Of a stretch of DNA of 64,000 bases, positions 1 through 12,852 are shown piece by piece; the first letter of the stretch is position 1, and each line of letters starts with the position of its first letter. A model generated the notes under the pieces. That model was given only the letters and a program-made list of their open reading frames with translations, was not told the origin of the DNA and did no database searches. A program made the translations under genes and the position numbers. Source of the DNA: Schizochytrium sp. TIO01 (taxonomy: Eukaryota; Protista; Bigyra: Labyrinthulomycetes); the NCBI GenBank assembly GCA_004764695.1, contig SMSO01000032.1:2480001-2544000 (forward strand), in the 5' to 3' direction.

Positions 1-3000
1 ACCATCATGGTGATACTGTGCGTCAAAGAGGTCCTGCAGTGCTAGTTGAGAAGAGTGGCGAGCTGAAGACAATAGGATAGATGCGAAAAGTACGTGGCCA
101 AGAAGCATACTATGCGTCCAAAGTGCGGTGACCCAGACCAGACCTTGAACTGCTGCTTGGCTGTGTTCTGATGGCACGGATGGAAACGAAGCGAAGGAGA
201 AGGCTGGTGGGCTTCCCAGCTGATGGTGCGAAGCTGAGGAAAGCAGATGAGCATAAGAAAGGGAAACGACTCTTGTGTGCCGAGTCTATCAGCCTGACAC
301 TTCAAGAAAAGGAGAATCCAGAAGACTGAGCATGTCTCTCTTGTACGGCCCTCTGTCTTGCGCCACGCTATGCCTGCACTCGCTGGCTCACTTGACCATT
401 CTTGCTCTATATTAGGCGATTAGCTTAATAGCGGCACCTATCTACTGTTATTCATAGGTATCAGCGAGGACGGGTTCCCTATGAGTTCATTGTGCCAAAG
501 TCGCACACCTGCTCTTATTGCTAACAAAGGAATTAGCAAGGAACGAGCAGCGTGGAGGCAAGATAAAGTAAGATACGGGTTAAGGAGCCAGTTTTTTTTA
601 AATTTCTCATGGCCAAACTTTGAGGAAGCAACTATTTTCTACTTCTGTATGAAATGTATATAAGTAGTATTATAACATTTAGGCAAAGGATTGTACTCAT
701 CTCCAGATTACAGTATATCATCCTAGGAAACTATGACCTGGATCAAGTAATGTCTTCTTCATCAAGTATCGAACAGGTTTGAATCATCTGGACTTTGTTC
801 ATCGGTGCTAGCTGGAAACCCAAATGCTTGGCTGAATTTAGTTAATGTAAGGGTACTAACTGGTTTGGCAGCGAAGGGACCCTGCTTCATATAGATGTGA
901 AAATAAAGATTTAGCTCAAGCATTTTGGAGTAGCTAAGATGTTCTCTGCGTAACTTACTTTTGACTTTGAACCTACGCAAGGGTGATTGAACCTAGAGTA
1001 GAGATAGAATTTCATTGCATTAAAACTTATTCTTTAGAAATCCTCTGGCTTGACTATAAACTTAATGATTAGTCTTCATGTAGAATCAATCCACATTACC
1101 GTAAATTACAACCTGTAAAATTGAGAAAGAAAATATTGCTATGCATAACGTAATTATAATTGCCCAGTGTTCAGTTGAACTAACTTAATTTGAGTCATTT
1201 TCGTAATTCAATGTTTCATTTATTTTAAAAACCTTACATGGTAACAATTTAGAAGAGAATTGTGTGATTTAGTTTAATAAAACTATTTGCGAAAGAGAAC
1301 TGGAAGTGAGAATTAACATTACCAATTTAAAAAAAAGAAAGTTTTTTTTTGTCTATTTTTCCTCGCGTCATATTATTTTAACTTAAAAAATATGTTCTGG
1401 TAGTAGTATCACCACCAAACTTAGTTCAATATTCTACGAAATGATGGTTGATAACAGTTGAATAGAATTGTATAAGACAGGTGTGTACTATTCTGGGTAC
1501 AATCTCTAAGGGTCTTCACCTCTTTGTAGTCTCAGTGTGCATCGAAGGCAACTCTATGTCTTATGTGGCAGTTTGTAGCAATGTCCACGATTCAATAAGG
1601 CCCGCATTCCACATGGCCAAAACAATGCTCAGGAACTGTGGTCGCGTGTTTGAGGTTTGGCCAACTTAATAAATCAGTGAAACGAAGTTTAATATAAAAT
1701 AATAATTTGAGTTTCTTTTGAGAAATAAATTCTATGAAATAAAATTGTCTTTTCTTTTGTCTTTTTTTAAAGTTTTATTTTTTGTTCAAGATTTTTGTTC
1801 ATGTTGCCGATTTTCAACTCGTACAGTGGAAACGCGAAAAAAACGTTGAAAAAAAGTTCAAAGAAGGCGGGAGGCAAGAAGAAAAAGAGATGGCAATGAA
1901 ACAAAAAGAAAGGCAAAGGGAAAAAAGGCAGATTGAAACCAAGGAAAAGAGAAAGTATGAACAGTGAGTTAAACATGCATGTATTAGAGCATTTGTCAAC
2001 CATGGTCATTTTATAACATCCTGCGAGGCAGCTCTACCTCCCAATATGCGCTCTCTTTCGCCTCTCTATCTCAGAATCAATCCCACGCAAGTGATCATCG
2101 TGTTCACCCTTTTTTTCGCCAAGTATGGTGCAGTGTTGCACGCATCTGCTGTCACAGAATAGTACTGATTTTGATCCGGCTGGGGAGATAAGGATGAGAA
2201 CTCCCATCTGATTCGCGAGGTCTCTTTCTACCGTGAGCACTAGAAAAAAAGGAAAAAAAAGGGCATTTCAAAGAAGAGATTATTTATTTCCAGAAAATGG
2301 TAGAGATATGCGTTTGCACTTATACGTCACGCACGATGTGGTAAATTAGGTTATGACTATACTTAAGTTCTTTCTGATAATTCTTACATTACAGATCTCT
2401 ACACGCTCCAATTACCCTGGTTTTGTATTGTTCAAGTTTGTCTTCATAGGTAAATGCAAAAAGGGTGATAATCACGTTTGTTTTTTCTCTCTTTTTTCCC
2501 CCCTGCTTTTAATAGGTACTAGTTGTAGAACTAAACCGAAAAGTCTGTCTGTCTCTCTCTGTTTCAGCATTCTTCAACGAGAATAAATAAACGAAAACAA
2601 AAAAGTCATTCACTCCAGTGACATGAAAAAAATGCTAAATTTGAATGAATGCTTCGAAGAAGTTTAACATCGCAGAAGACAAATGAAACTAAGACGAAAC
2701 GAAAGACAAACTAAAAGATGGAAAGAAAGACCAAATTTTGCATCAAGAAAGACAGACCCAAACAAAAAAGGCCAACACAGCAGAGATGTGGCCTTGTTAT
2801 CTGTGACCGGACATGCCTATCTGTGCAATGACGAGACAAAGGTAACGCCATGAGGAGGCTTTCTGACTTCCTCTCCTCACTTCAGCGCTTGGACGAATGC
2901 ATACATAGATACGCAAATAGATGCTTCTCTTCTCAAAGAAGCCGAGGCGGCGCTTCCCTTGCCGCATACAGCCGTCGCTTGGCATCTCTTTCCATTCGCT

Positions 3001-6000
3001 TCACTCTCGCGTCAATTCGTCCTCGAGACTTTGCGAACAGGCAGACAATCAAGGGACAACAACATCAACTGATGGCCGGCAAGTGCATCTAATCGGAGGA
3101 TCTATAAACCTCTGAACGCTCTGATCTAAGCATGATTTGGATGTTCTGTTGACGTTTACCACCACTCGAGCCTTTGAGCAAGGAATGGCTTGTGTTCAGG
3201 TATGTCCTCGCTCTTACTCAGTATTCTACTCAGTCTCCGGTCAAATGCAAAGGCACGTGCACCGAGGGGACCACCTGCTTACATCATCGCGCATCTAAAC
3301 ATACATACATCAATCTACTGTGGCGCAAATAACCCTGTCTCAGCAGAGTTGCTAGGGTGCGTATTTGCAAGAGTTGAGACAGCTGAGCTAGAGAGAGCAA
3401 AGGCCTGGGAGGTTGAGAGGTGCTAGAAGAAAGCAACGTTGATGATGATTAGTTGAATATTATTATTTTATTTTGAAGAGTTTTTGATGCTGGAGATTGA
3501 AAATCATGAAATTTGATTTAGAAGGATAATTTTGAAATTTCAATTTTCAAGGAGGTAACATTTCTTTTGTTTTCTTTTTTCACTATGAATTTTTTGGTTA
3601 ATATTGAATATACTTTGAATTACATCAATGAAATCAATAATATATTAAATAAAGTTCGTAATTTGAAGAAGGGGAAAAAAAAGGAGGAAAAAAGAGAGGA
3701 GAAAGCTTCGGTAAGCCTAGCTAGTCTTCCCTATGGAAAACACAGTAGCTTGTTAATGCTTTGAGAGGAAAAGAGGTTCTCAACAGAACAAGTTTCTGTA
3801 AGAAGCATGAAACTCATACAAACTAACTCTTAAAGAAAAAAGTAATTAATTGTTAGGGATAGAGATATTTAAAAATGAACAATGTTCCCACTAACCCCTA
3901 TAGTAATATACTAAGTAATAAGTCTAAAGAATAGTCTTCAGAATTGAATGAGTGAAGTACGATACATGCGAACAACTGCACGTATGATGGAGTTATTTAT
4001 CTAGGCATGGATAATTACAGGCTATATGTTCCCTTTTTTTGAACACAAGTTGCGGTGTTAAATTGAAATTCATAATCTGCATCATAAAAAATCAAGTGAA
4101 AAGAAAATTCCACTTTTTTGTAGGGAAAAGAGAAAAAAGTCATGAAAAACTATTTTGAAATTTCACGGAGACATTTTGATAAATTTATCAAATAAAAGTT
4201 GAAAAAAGAAATCCTCAAAATAAATTAAGAGGAATTGAAGTAACCCTGATGGGAAATGAAATTTGATCATGGCTATTTGAGCAGGAAAATGTTTACGTTC
4301 ATGGCAATAATAGAGCGAAATGTGTTGTTGTGTCATAATAGTTATACAAAATGCGCCAGAAATCTAGAAAGTAAAGCAACTTCACCAGAGATTGGCCCAA
4401 CGATAAGTGAATGTAAGCTATTTGAGGTCAAACTCAGTACTTAGATACGTTTAAAAAAAGATCGACACGATATCCTGCAAGCATATTAAATTTGACTATA
4501 TGTCATGTAAGATTTCGAGATAACTCATTCCCAATTTAGGCAGTTTAGCTCATACTCAACATTGCTACATGCAATGTTCCTAGGCCTCGGGATGCAATCT
4601 TACTTGGTAATTTACATACCCGCAAGATCTTTGCTTCAATAAGTCCATCTTCATTCTGATGTGTGATCCAAACAAATTTCTATCTGCATAATTTAGATTC
4701 AGAAGAGTTTAAGCCACCAACATTCGGAAATTGAAAAGTATAAATGCAGTTTACCTTCGAAAGCTAGTTTGAGCAGAAGCTAGACTATCTCTTCATTCAT
4801 GAACACTTCTGCAGGTACATCATCAAAATTCTCTGATTGTACATTTTTTTCTTCTAGCTTGTAAACTCACACAAGTATTCATATTTAAAAATCTGAAATG
4901 AATTGAAGCAGATTTTGATGATGAATATTACTTAACATTTAATTTGAACTGCCACATGCTTTCAACCCTTTTTCATCGTGAATGAATCAAATAATTTTTT
5001 TTTGTTAACTTTTTGACATTTGTGTTGCTCAGGCTAGTATTATTATTTCACTTATTTTGAGATTTAGTCATTCTGGTTGTTCATTCTCCCTTTAAACAGA
5101 AGTTCTTAGCTCCCTCTTTCTCTCTTTCTCTCTCTCGGATTCGTCTTTCCCCGTCTTGGTTAATTTCTTATTTTTCCCAACACTGCTCCTTCTTCGCCTT
5201 CTCCCCTTCTTCTTCTCTAATAATTCAATTCATTTCATCCTCGCTCTTTCCTTTCTTCTCTATTTTTACTATTCTCTATTTGTCATTCATTCATTCATTC
5301 ATTCATTCATTCATTCGTTCATTCGTTCGCCCCTTTGAAATCTCAGTACTTCCTATCGCTTAATACTATAGCTACTCTTCTTTCATTCTTCCTCTTCTTC
5401 TCTCACCGTCATTACTCTCCTCAAAAACTTCAACGAGTCGAACAACAAAGTTTTTCAACTAAACAAAGAAACAAACAAACAAAGAAACAAACAAACATTT
5501 CATTCATTCAATCATTCTTTTTTCCCCAAGCTTTTCTTTTAGCGCTCCCAAAGCCGCGCAGACGCCGCGTACGGCCTTCTCGCGAGCGCTTCGGCAGTGA
5601 AATGCTGCGGCATAAGCGCCGCGGGGACCATTTGGAGACCCGAAGGCAGCTCATTTAGGCTTCTCGGAGTATATAGCCGACCACCACCCATTCATTCCAA
5701 AGCACAGCACAAAGGTCACACACGCAAGGAGAGGCGATCTTGCCGGGCCTGACGATTTTTCCCAAGGGGTACCTCCTTAATCCATAGACAAGGTGCATAG
5801 ATTTGGTTTAGGATATTAAGGATAAATGATTGTTTTTTTTTTTCTCAATGGGCGCGTCAACATAAGGAGGCGGGCAGGCGCTGTGCTTTAAAAGAAAATG
5901 TTTCAACCCTCGTTTTTATAAAGAGGGATCAATCAATCAAGCTATCGATTTTTCCCCCTCCTTTTTAACGGCGTCCTCAACGACAAAAGAACTGAAAGAG

Positions 6001-6670
6001 AAAAGCGCGGGAAGAGTAAAAGAAAAGACAAGGGTGATGTTTATTTATTAATTGCATTTTAACTCTAAGCTATTAACTAAAAGAATGTTAATGAAATAAC
6101 AAATAGAAATTTCCAAATTCCCTCCACTGGCAGTTCGCGTGTATCATTTGAGTGCAGAAAACATACACAGGCTCCAGTGGCACAGAGGAGGCAAGTTTTC
6201 ACTTAATGCTCATTGCAGGAGGAAGGGGAAAAAACCTAGGCTGTTAAATGCATGTCGCCCACTAGTATCTATTTTGTGTCTGAAGGTGTCTCAACTAATC
6301 TTTTATCGCCAGTGCTGGCCAACAACTCTTGAGGGGATCTTCTCAAAGTCGCTTAATTAAGTTATCTCCTGCTCTTTCTCTCTCTTGCGCTTCATCGGTC
6401 AGTCAATTGATTCTTTAGTGAGTGAGCTAATTAAAAGACCCAAGGCGCCTCCTTCCCTGCGACTAACCACCTCTCCATGGCGGAAAGAAGAGCAATGTTT
6501 CAAGCAGAAAGAAGAACTCTCCTCCTTTGGCAACCCTACTTTCCCTCAAAGAAAGTCGTGAAACAAATGGACTTCTTTTTTTCTCCATTCGGCCGCTACT
6601 CAAACAGAAAGTGCTTTCAAAAAACTTAAACCATCACACAATATTCAATAAACAATGAAAAAAGCCATAA

Positions 6671-6766
6671 AAACAAACAAACAAACAAACAAACAAACAA
6701 ACAAACAAACAAACAAACAAACAAACAAACAAACAAACAAACAAACAAACAAACAAACAAACAAAC
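6671..6766. repeat. (AAAC)24 microsatellite grading into GAAC/GAAT units
   Basis: Perfect AAAC tandem array read directly; it explains the spurious FVCL-repeat ORFs on the minus strand. Confidence 0.97.
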
Positions 6767-8345
6767 GAACGAACGAATAAGCCCTGTGCCAATCCTTCGG
6801 CCAGAAAGCTTAGCAGAAGCACGCTTAAACGAGACCTTTGGCGAACGAAGGTGCCGCTTCGAAGGCGTTTCCGCCTTCATCAGCCAGGCTCTCGGTGGTA
6901 CACATACATATATACATATATAATCAATAGGTGTTTTTATTTTAGCAGCCGGTTATAGAAGTGTTATATTCGTCGATTTGTTTATCGATCCAGGCGTAGG
7001 AGCAGTAAGTATGTCGTAGGTGCGGATCTCCTCATCAGAGAGGAGGCCGAAAAGACCGCGTATCTTGAAGGCGAAGGCGCGAAGGAGAGAGGCGCGAGGG
7101 AAGAGGGGCTCAGACGCAGCAGCAGAGGGCGGCGCGAAGGAGATCCTCAGCGAAGAAGAAGACCTCGAAGAAGCGGAGGCGGCAGAAGAGCCTGCCGAGC
7201 GAAGGAACGGAGGAATGAATCTCTGGGATTCGTGAAGAAGAAGAAAGAAAAGGCCTTTCTTTTCCATCTCTTTTAGGTGCAATTGAATGAAAGTTCTTTG
7301 GCCACTCATTTTCAAAGTTAACACTTTGCTGCCTTTTAGACTAACTTTTGGTAAGTTAAACTTTGTTTGTTTGTTTGTTTGTTTCAAAGTCGGCGTGGGG
7401 CTAGGTTTTGTGGTAGACGCGGACTATCCCCTAAGTACTGTCCGTCTGAAAAATAAAATAAAAATATGTATGTGTGAAAAGAGCATTTTAGACTGAAAGA
7501 AGAGGAACAAAAGGATCCGCATCGGCGGCCAGCCAACTTATAAGACCCAGCTAATAAAAAAGGTAATTAAAAAATATTCTTCTCTTTTCAGCCTGCATTT
7601 TTATTTGGCCCTCTTTCATTTGAAGCAAACACTTATTTCAAAAGACTGATAAAATTTAATAAAAGCAACGATCCATTGCCTCAGGGTAATGCGTTCCTCT
7701 TAGCAGCACTACCACTTAAAAGGCCTTCAGTGGGTCAGAGGAGGTCAGAGGAGAGGGAAAATTCGAACTTCGCTAAACCAGCTTCATAAAGAGCATTTCC
7801 TTTAAGTTAAGAGGAGGTCTTTTAGTCGCAGTGGTGATGAGAGGAACATTTTTTCCTGACCCTTCCTTTTGAAAGGGAAAACAAAAGAAACGATGAAAAC
7901 TTTCTCCTTCACAATTCCATGCTGCAGAGGAATTACTTACCTGCTAATAGAAACTAAAGGAAAACGTTAACGCGACGACTGCTTTAATGAAAAAGAAGGA
8001 CAAGGAGAAGAAGAAGAAGAAATAGAAAGGAAAGTTAACCGCAGCATTAAGTCGATGGTAGCTTTACTCCTAATAAGTCGTTCATTGATTGATTGATTTC
8101 TCAAAGCTTAAAAGGAAGTCTGCGCGATTACATAAGTTCCGAATAAGCAGGCTATCAAGTTGCGCCTTCCTTTCTCGAGTTTCGAGTTGGCTTCGCGCGG
8201 GTTTTGTTTTTTTGATAACCACCACGAAATACGCGCCCAAAAGACTCTCTGAGGACCCATAACGACGGCTTTCGCGAGCTTTGACAGGCCACTGATACAT
8301 ACATACGCCAAGGGAGGAAAAGCGGGTTCCTGAGCGAGGAAAAAG

Positions 8346-8462
8346 AACGAAAGAAACAAAGAAACAAAGAAACAAAGAAACAAAGAAAAGAATGAATGAA
8401 TGAATGAATGAGTGAATGAATGAACTGAAGAGCAAAGAAGAAGAAGAAGAAGAAGAAGAAGA
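8346..8462. repeat. Compound microsatellite (AAAGAAAC)n-(GAAT)n-(GAA)n
   Basis: Consecutive 8-, 4- and 3-nt tandem units visible in the sequence. Confidence 0.9.
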
Positions 8463-9980
8463 CAAGAAAAGAACCTTCTTATTTCCTTTCTTTCCCCCTC
8501 TTTCACTATTTATCTCTGTTTGCGCCTTTTTTATTATTGTTATTGTTGTTTGCTTTTCGTGAAAGAAAAAAGCAGCGTTGATCGAATGAGCAATCGCTCG
8601 ATGCGCTGTTGATCTCCGTATAAAGGCGTGGGAAAAACCTGGGAAGCAGCTGATGAGGAGGCTGCAACAGTGCGGAGGCCCGTTGAGACAGTTGGCTCCT
8701 CAAGATGTATGGGTCTTAAAGCATAGTATAGTTCACTGGTGGAGGTGGCGATGTTCAATGCTGCTACTGCGAAACTCATTTTTGCTGTGACAGATAAACA
8801 CATCGTGAATGAATGAATATTAAAATCATTTAATGAAAAGAATAATTATAAGTTGTTTATTCTCCCTTCTTCTTCTTCCTCTTTTTAAATTTCACACGGC
8901 GCAGGAATGATCGCGTGCCAAACGCGGAGGGGGAAAAAGAAAGGCGCAGAAAAAGAAGAAAAGAAGGAAAAGAAGAAATGAAAGAATGGAAAAGAAAAAA
9001 AAAGAGGGGCTGTGACCTGGGTTTGAAAGAAATATACAGAAAACCAGTTTTCTTTTTGTGAGGGACACACTCAAGGCTACGGGAAATGAGAGGGGCGGGC
9101 AAAAAATTAAAGGCGAAGAGGGGATGTGAGGAGGCTGAGCGTTGGTGTGAGGGGGAGGTAAAAAGTCGCGCTGTGAGGGGGAAAAGGCCCCTCCACTGCG
9201 AAGTTTCCATGGTGCAGTTGAGAGGCGCAAAGAGGCTGTGAATGAAGGGAACTTAGTTATTTATTTATTTTTGCTGCTCGTGTTGACGCGGGAAAAGAAA
9301 GGGATGAACAAACGAATTTTCCACCGTCGTTCGCTTCCTTTGGAATGAATTGCTGGCTTTCCTTAGTCTGTCTGCTCTATCCGTGAAATGGAGCGATGAA
9401 ACAATCGATTTTCTTCTCGGGTGGCAGGCCGGTAAGAGGGTGGAGTGAAAACATAGCCAAAACCCTCTTTTTCCTGTTGAATATATAGTGATATAAATAT
9501 ACATGTGTTTATTTAAAAACTTTTCATTTGTAAATTTTTATTTTAAGCGTGTGTGGAGCGTAGAATGGTAAGTAGCATTAAAAGAAAGTTTCGACTCCTG
9601 AGGACGGTAAAACAAAGAGAAAGTTTGAGTGGGGATAGAAAGAAAAAACTAAAGTTTTAGACTGAAGAGAGGGAGGACTTCAGAGGGAGAGAAAATGAGA
9701 GGAGAGTCGAAAAGAAAGGTAGATGAAAAGAAAAGGTCAGCCTGTTTAAAAGGAAGCTGTAATAGAAAAACATACTCAAGATAAAGAATCTTTTAGTTTT
9801 AAAAAGTGAATTAAAAATTCTGAAGAATCGAGCAATCAAAAACTTGATCAAACAAAGAAAACAAACACTTAATCATCCTGATCCCAGCGCAAAGGAACGA
9901 ACCCAAGCGCAGCAAACCCGAAGTTCGCTGCAGCGTATCCTCGCAGACCACCAAACTTTAAAGACAGAAACACCGGAGAT

Positions 9981-10733
9981 ATGCCGCGCAAGAGCAACAT
10001 TGGAGACGAAGTTGGTAAGACCGGCCCTCGCGGAGGCAAGCGCAAGAAGGCTCAAATGGACATGGTGCCCGGTATGGCCATGCCCAACAACAGCTTCGTG
10101 CCCCTCTTCGCCCAGGGTGCCACTCCCTCTGATGTCGCCAAGGCTCTCGGCATTGGTCTCGACGATGTTCCTGTCCCCCACGACAGCAGCGCCCACGAGA
10201 TCGAGGCCCTCCGCATCTTCACCGCCCGTGTGAGCAAGCGTCTCCTCGACATCATCTCCCCGACCCTCGCTGATGTCATCATGGGCTACAACCCCCACAT
10301 GGTCCCCATGCAGCAGCAGGCACCTCCCCAGAAGAAGCCCAGCAAGAAGAAGCGCGCTTCCCAGCCTCTTTACCCTGATGCCCCGGACCACGTCGCCTAC
10401 GGTGCCAACACTCTCCAGCGCCCCATGGACCCGAACATGATGCACCACCAGCACCACCAGCATCAGCAGCACCACATGGACATGGGCCTCACCGAGGAGG
10501 AGAAGAAGGCTCGCGCCAAGTTCCCCCACGAGTACGGTGAGCTCTTGCGTGCTGAGATCAACAAGAACCCGCAGACCAAGCCCAAGGACCTTCAGACCTG
10601 GCTCAAGACCTACCTTCTTGAGAAGCACGGCGGCCGTCTTCCTGCTGACTTCCCCGATGACAAGAAGATCGCCACCAAGATCGCCAACCTCAAAACCTCC
10701 CTCCGCAAGCGCACTGAGCCTGGTGCCCGCTAA
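9981..10733 (+). CDS. 250-aa basic protein of unknown function; NLS-like clusters, His/Gln tract and a possible C-terminal three-helix (HTH-like) domain
   Basis: ATG..TAA ORF with very strong C/G-ending codon bias (AAG, GCC, CTC, ATC) that mirrors into an antisense ORF. Contains GGKRKK and KKPSKKKR basic clusters, HHQHHQHQQHH, and C-terminal KFPHEYGELLRAEINKNPQTKPKDLQTWLK...FPDDKKIATKIANLK. Preceded by a CA-rich 5'UTR-like leader. Confidence 0.9.
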   Translation: MPRKSNIGDEVGKTGPRGGKRKKAQMDMVPGMAMPNNSFVPLFAQGATPSDVAKALGIGLDDVPVPHDSSAHEIEALRIFTARVSKRLLDIISPTLADVIMGYNPHMVPMQQQAPPQKKPSKKKRASQPLYPDAPDHVAYGANTLQRPMDPNMMHHQHHQHQQHHMDMGLTEEEKKARAKFPHEYGELLRAEINKNPQTKPKDLQTWLKTYLLEKHGGRLPADFPDDKKIATKIANLKTSLRKRTEPGAR

Positions 10734-12852
10734 TTAGGAGTTGCCAATCGATGTTACGATTCAACTCTTGTTGCTGTTGCACCAATTGCACGGGCAGTCT
10801 AGTGTCGCATCAGATTATGCCAGCAGGCCTGTGAACTACACAGACTCTCAGGCTCTTCTTGCATAGTTCGATTCGGGCATTCGGGCTGTCACTGTATGCT
10901 TCTTCACACGAGTAGGAGTTGCTAGCTGGCATACCTGCCCTCGTGCGCGCGTAATGACCTTGCCATTGCCCACCTGTTCGTTTCTATATACCTAACTACC
11001 TACCAACCTCACACGGTCTTTCGCCCCCTTTCCGCATTCCTCAACTTACACTCTTACTTATTCACATTCATTGCGTTCTACGGCAGCTGTTGGCTCCTTC
11101 TTTCTCTCGCACAAACTCACGTGGCCAGTATCTTTGCTTCATATGATCGCATTGCCTGGCCAGTTTTGTTGCCGTTGTAGTCTTCCTTTCCCCACCACAC
11201 GCGTCGCTGTTGAATGTGATCAATTACCGTGTTTGTTGTCTCGCATGTTGTTGTGTTGTTGTTTCTCCCGAGTCGCTTTGGCGGTGCGTGGCCCAGGCAC
11301 CTGCAATGACGCCTGTCAACCCACCACCTCTTCTAACCACCTGAGACACAACCATTACAATACAAACTTACATACACTCAGATTTATAACGCGTTAACCA
11401 AATACATTCAACAAGTTAAACTTTCTTTACGCACCGTTTACTCTTGTCTTTCCTCCATTTTCTTGTGAACTCTGTACATTGTGACCCGTTCTATTCGTTT
11501 GTTAAGTTTTAACATGCTTGATATTGTTGCCAGAAGAAGAAATATAAAAGAAACATCCTTTCCTTCCTCATTTTATTTATCTTGATTTTGAAAAAAGAAT
11601 CAACTTGGAAAGTAAAAGTCACTAATTAGGGTGGGTGCTCATTTCATCATTTCTTTTTCTTATCTCAAGCACAGTTTGCCTGTTGATCATGTCGCGTCCT
11701 GAATTGTCTCAGACTGCAAGCCCCAGGACATTGATTACAGTTATATGTTTGCTTTCACCAGACGCCCGGGTCTAAACTAACAAGCTCGACCGTATCAAGT
11801 ATCGATTGTCAGAGAACACGTATATATCAGTCATTAATGACTTTCAGCGAAACAGTCAAGATAAACCCAAGTCCCCGCTCCTGCACGAAAGCAAGGATTA
11901 TCAAACCAGCTTAATACACATGAACTGGAATAGTGAGAGCTAGTCCTCTGTTACGGAGTTCATGGATACCAAGAACTTAATCATAGGAGCTGCTCCATTG
12001 GCTTAATTAATTCCTAAGGTTAACGATCTGGTCCTACCAAAGATCTCTTTGTTTTGTTCATTTGGTTCGCAAATCGTGATTAAACATGTGCTTTTATTCT
12101 AAATCTTGGAAAATGTTTGGAATACTCGAGTTATGTCAAAAGTAAATGAATAATACAATAATAAATAATAATAATAATAATCATTCATTCATTCTAATAA
12201 TGAAAAATAGAAAATAGAAATAGGAAAAAAAATAAAATAAAAAGTAATTGAAGAAAAATAAAATAAAAGAATAAATCATTCAAATCAAAGAAATTGAACT
12301 TTCGTAAAGAAAAGATCATTTAATCTTTTTTTCACATTTTGTTTGTTTAAGAAGGATGATTATCGAGAGTGCATCGTCCATAACAAAGGTACCAAGAATG
12401 GAAGGCAGAATTATAAACAAGACGCGTTTTAGCAAACACTATGCTTATGAAATGACACTCCAAAAAGGTCACCGGGTGCAATTGTAGAGTTTATGAGCAA
12501 AAATATATTTCTAGTATTTCGAAATAAGAATGTTTCAATCTGTACAGACATGTATATTCATGAGAGGTCTATATCATTATTTCATTCAAGTAATCAATAG
12601 CCATCCTATCCAGCCTGAGTATGCATGAATTCATGAAACCAGGGAAATATACAATTTTTCGCTTTTATTTTTGTTCTTTTCGCAACAATCAATGAATCTA
12701 TTTTTGGAAAATGGATTATATCATCTATACTCGAACTCGCATAGCAGTCTAGATCAATCTTATTTCTATTTTACTTTTCTTTGGGGGTAACCCAGAATGA
12801 TAAAATACAGATTCGTAGATGTCATGGTACAACTCAAAATGCTAAATTACAG

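Noticed and set aside
1-305. 87-aa minus-strand ORF and a possible minus-strand gene start (ATCACC-ATG-ATG at positions 8-3)
   Set aside because: The ORF has a non-ATG start and no domain. The region may be the 5'UTR of a gene outside the window, but that cannot be supported from here.
9547-9610. tRNA-like A-box/B-box resemblance (TAGAATGGTAA...TTTCGACTCC)
   Set aside because: No acceptor or anticodon stem can be formed and the spacing is wrong.
9873-10628. 251-aa antisense ORF opposite the 250-aa gene
   Set aside because: Shadow of strong codon bias on the sense strand; the same applies to ORFs antisense to pepN (e.g. 50106-50960).
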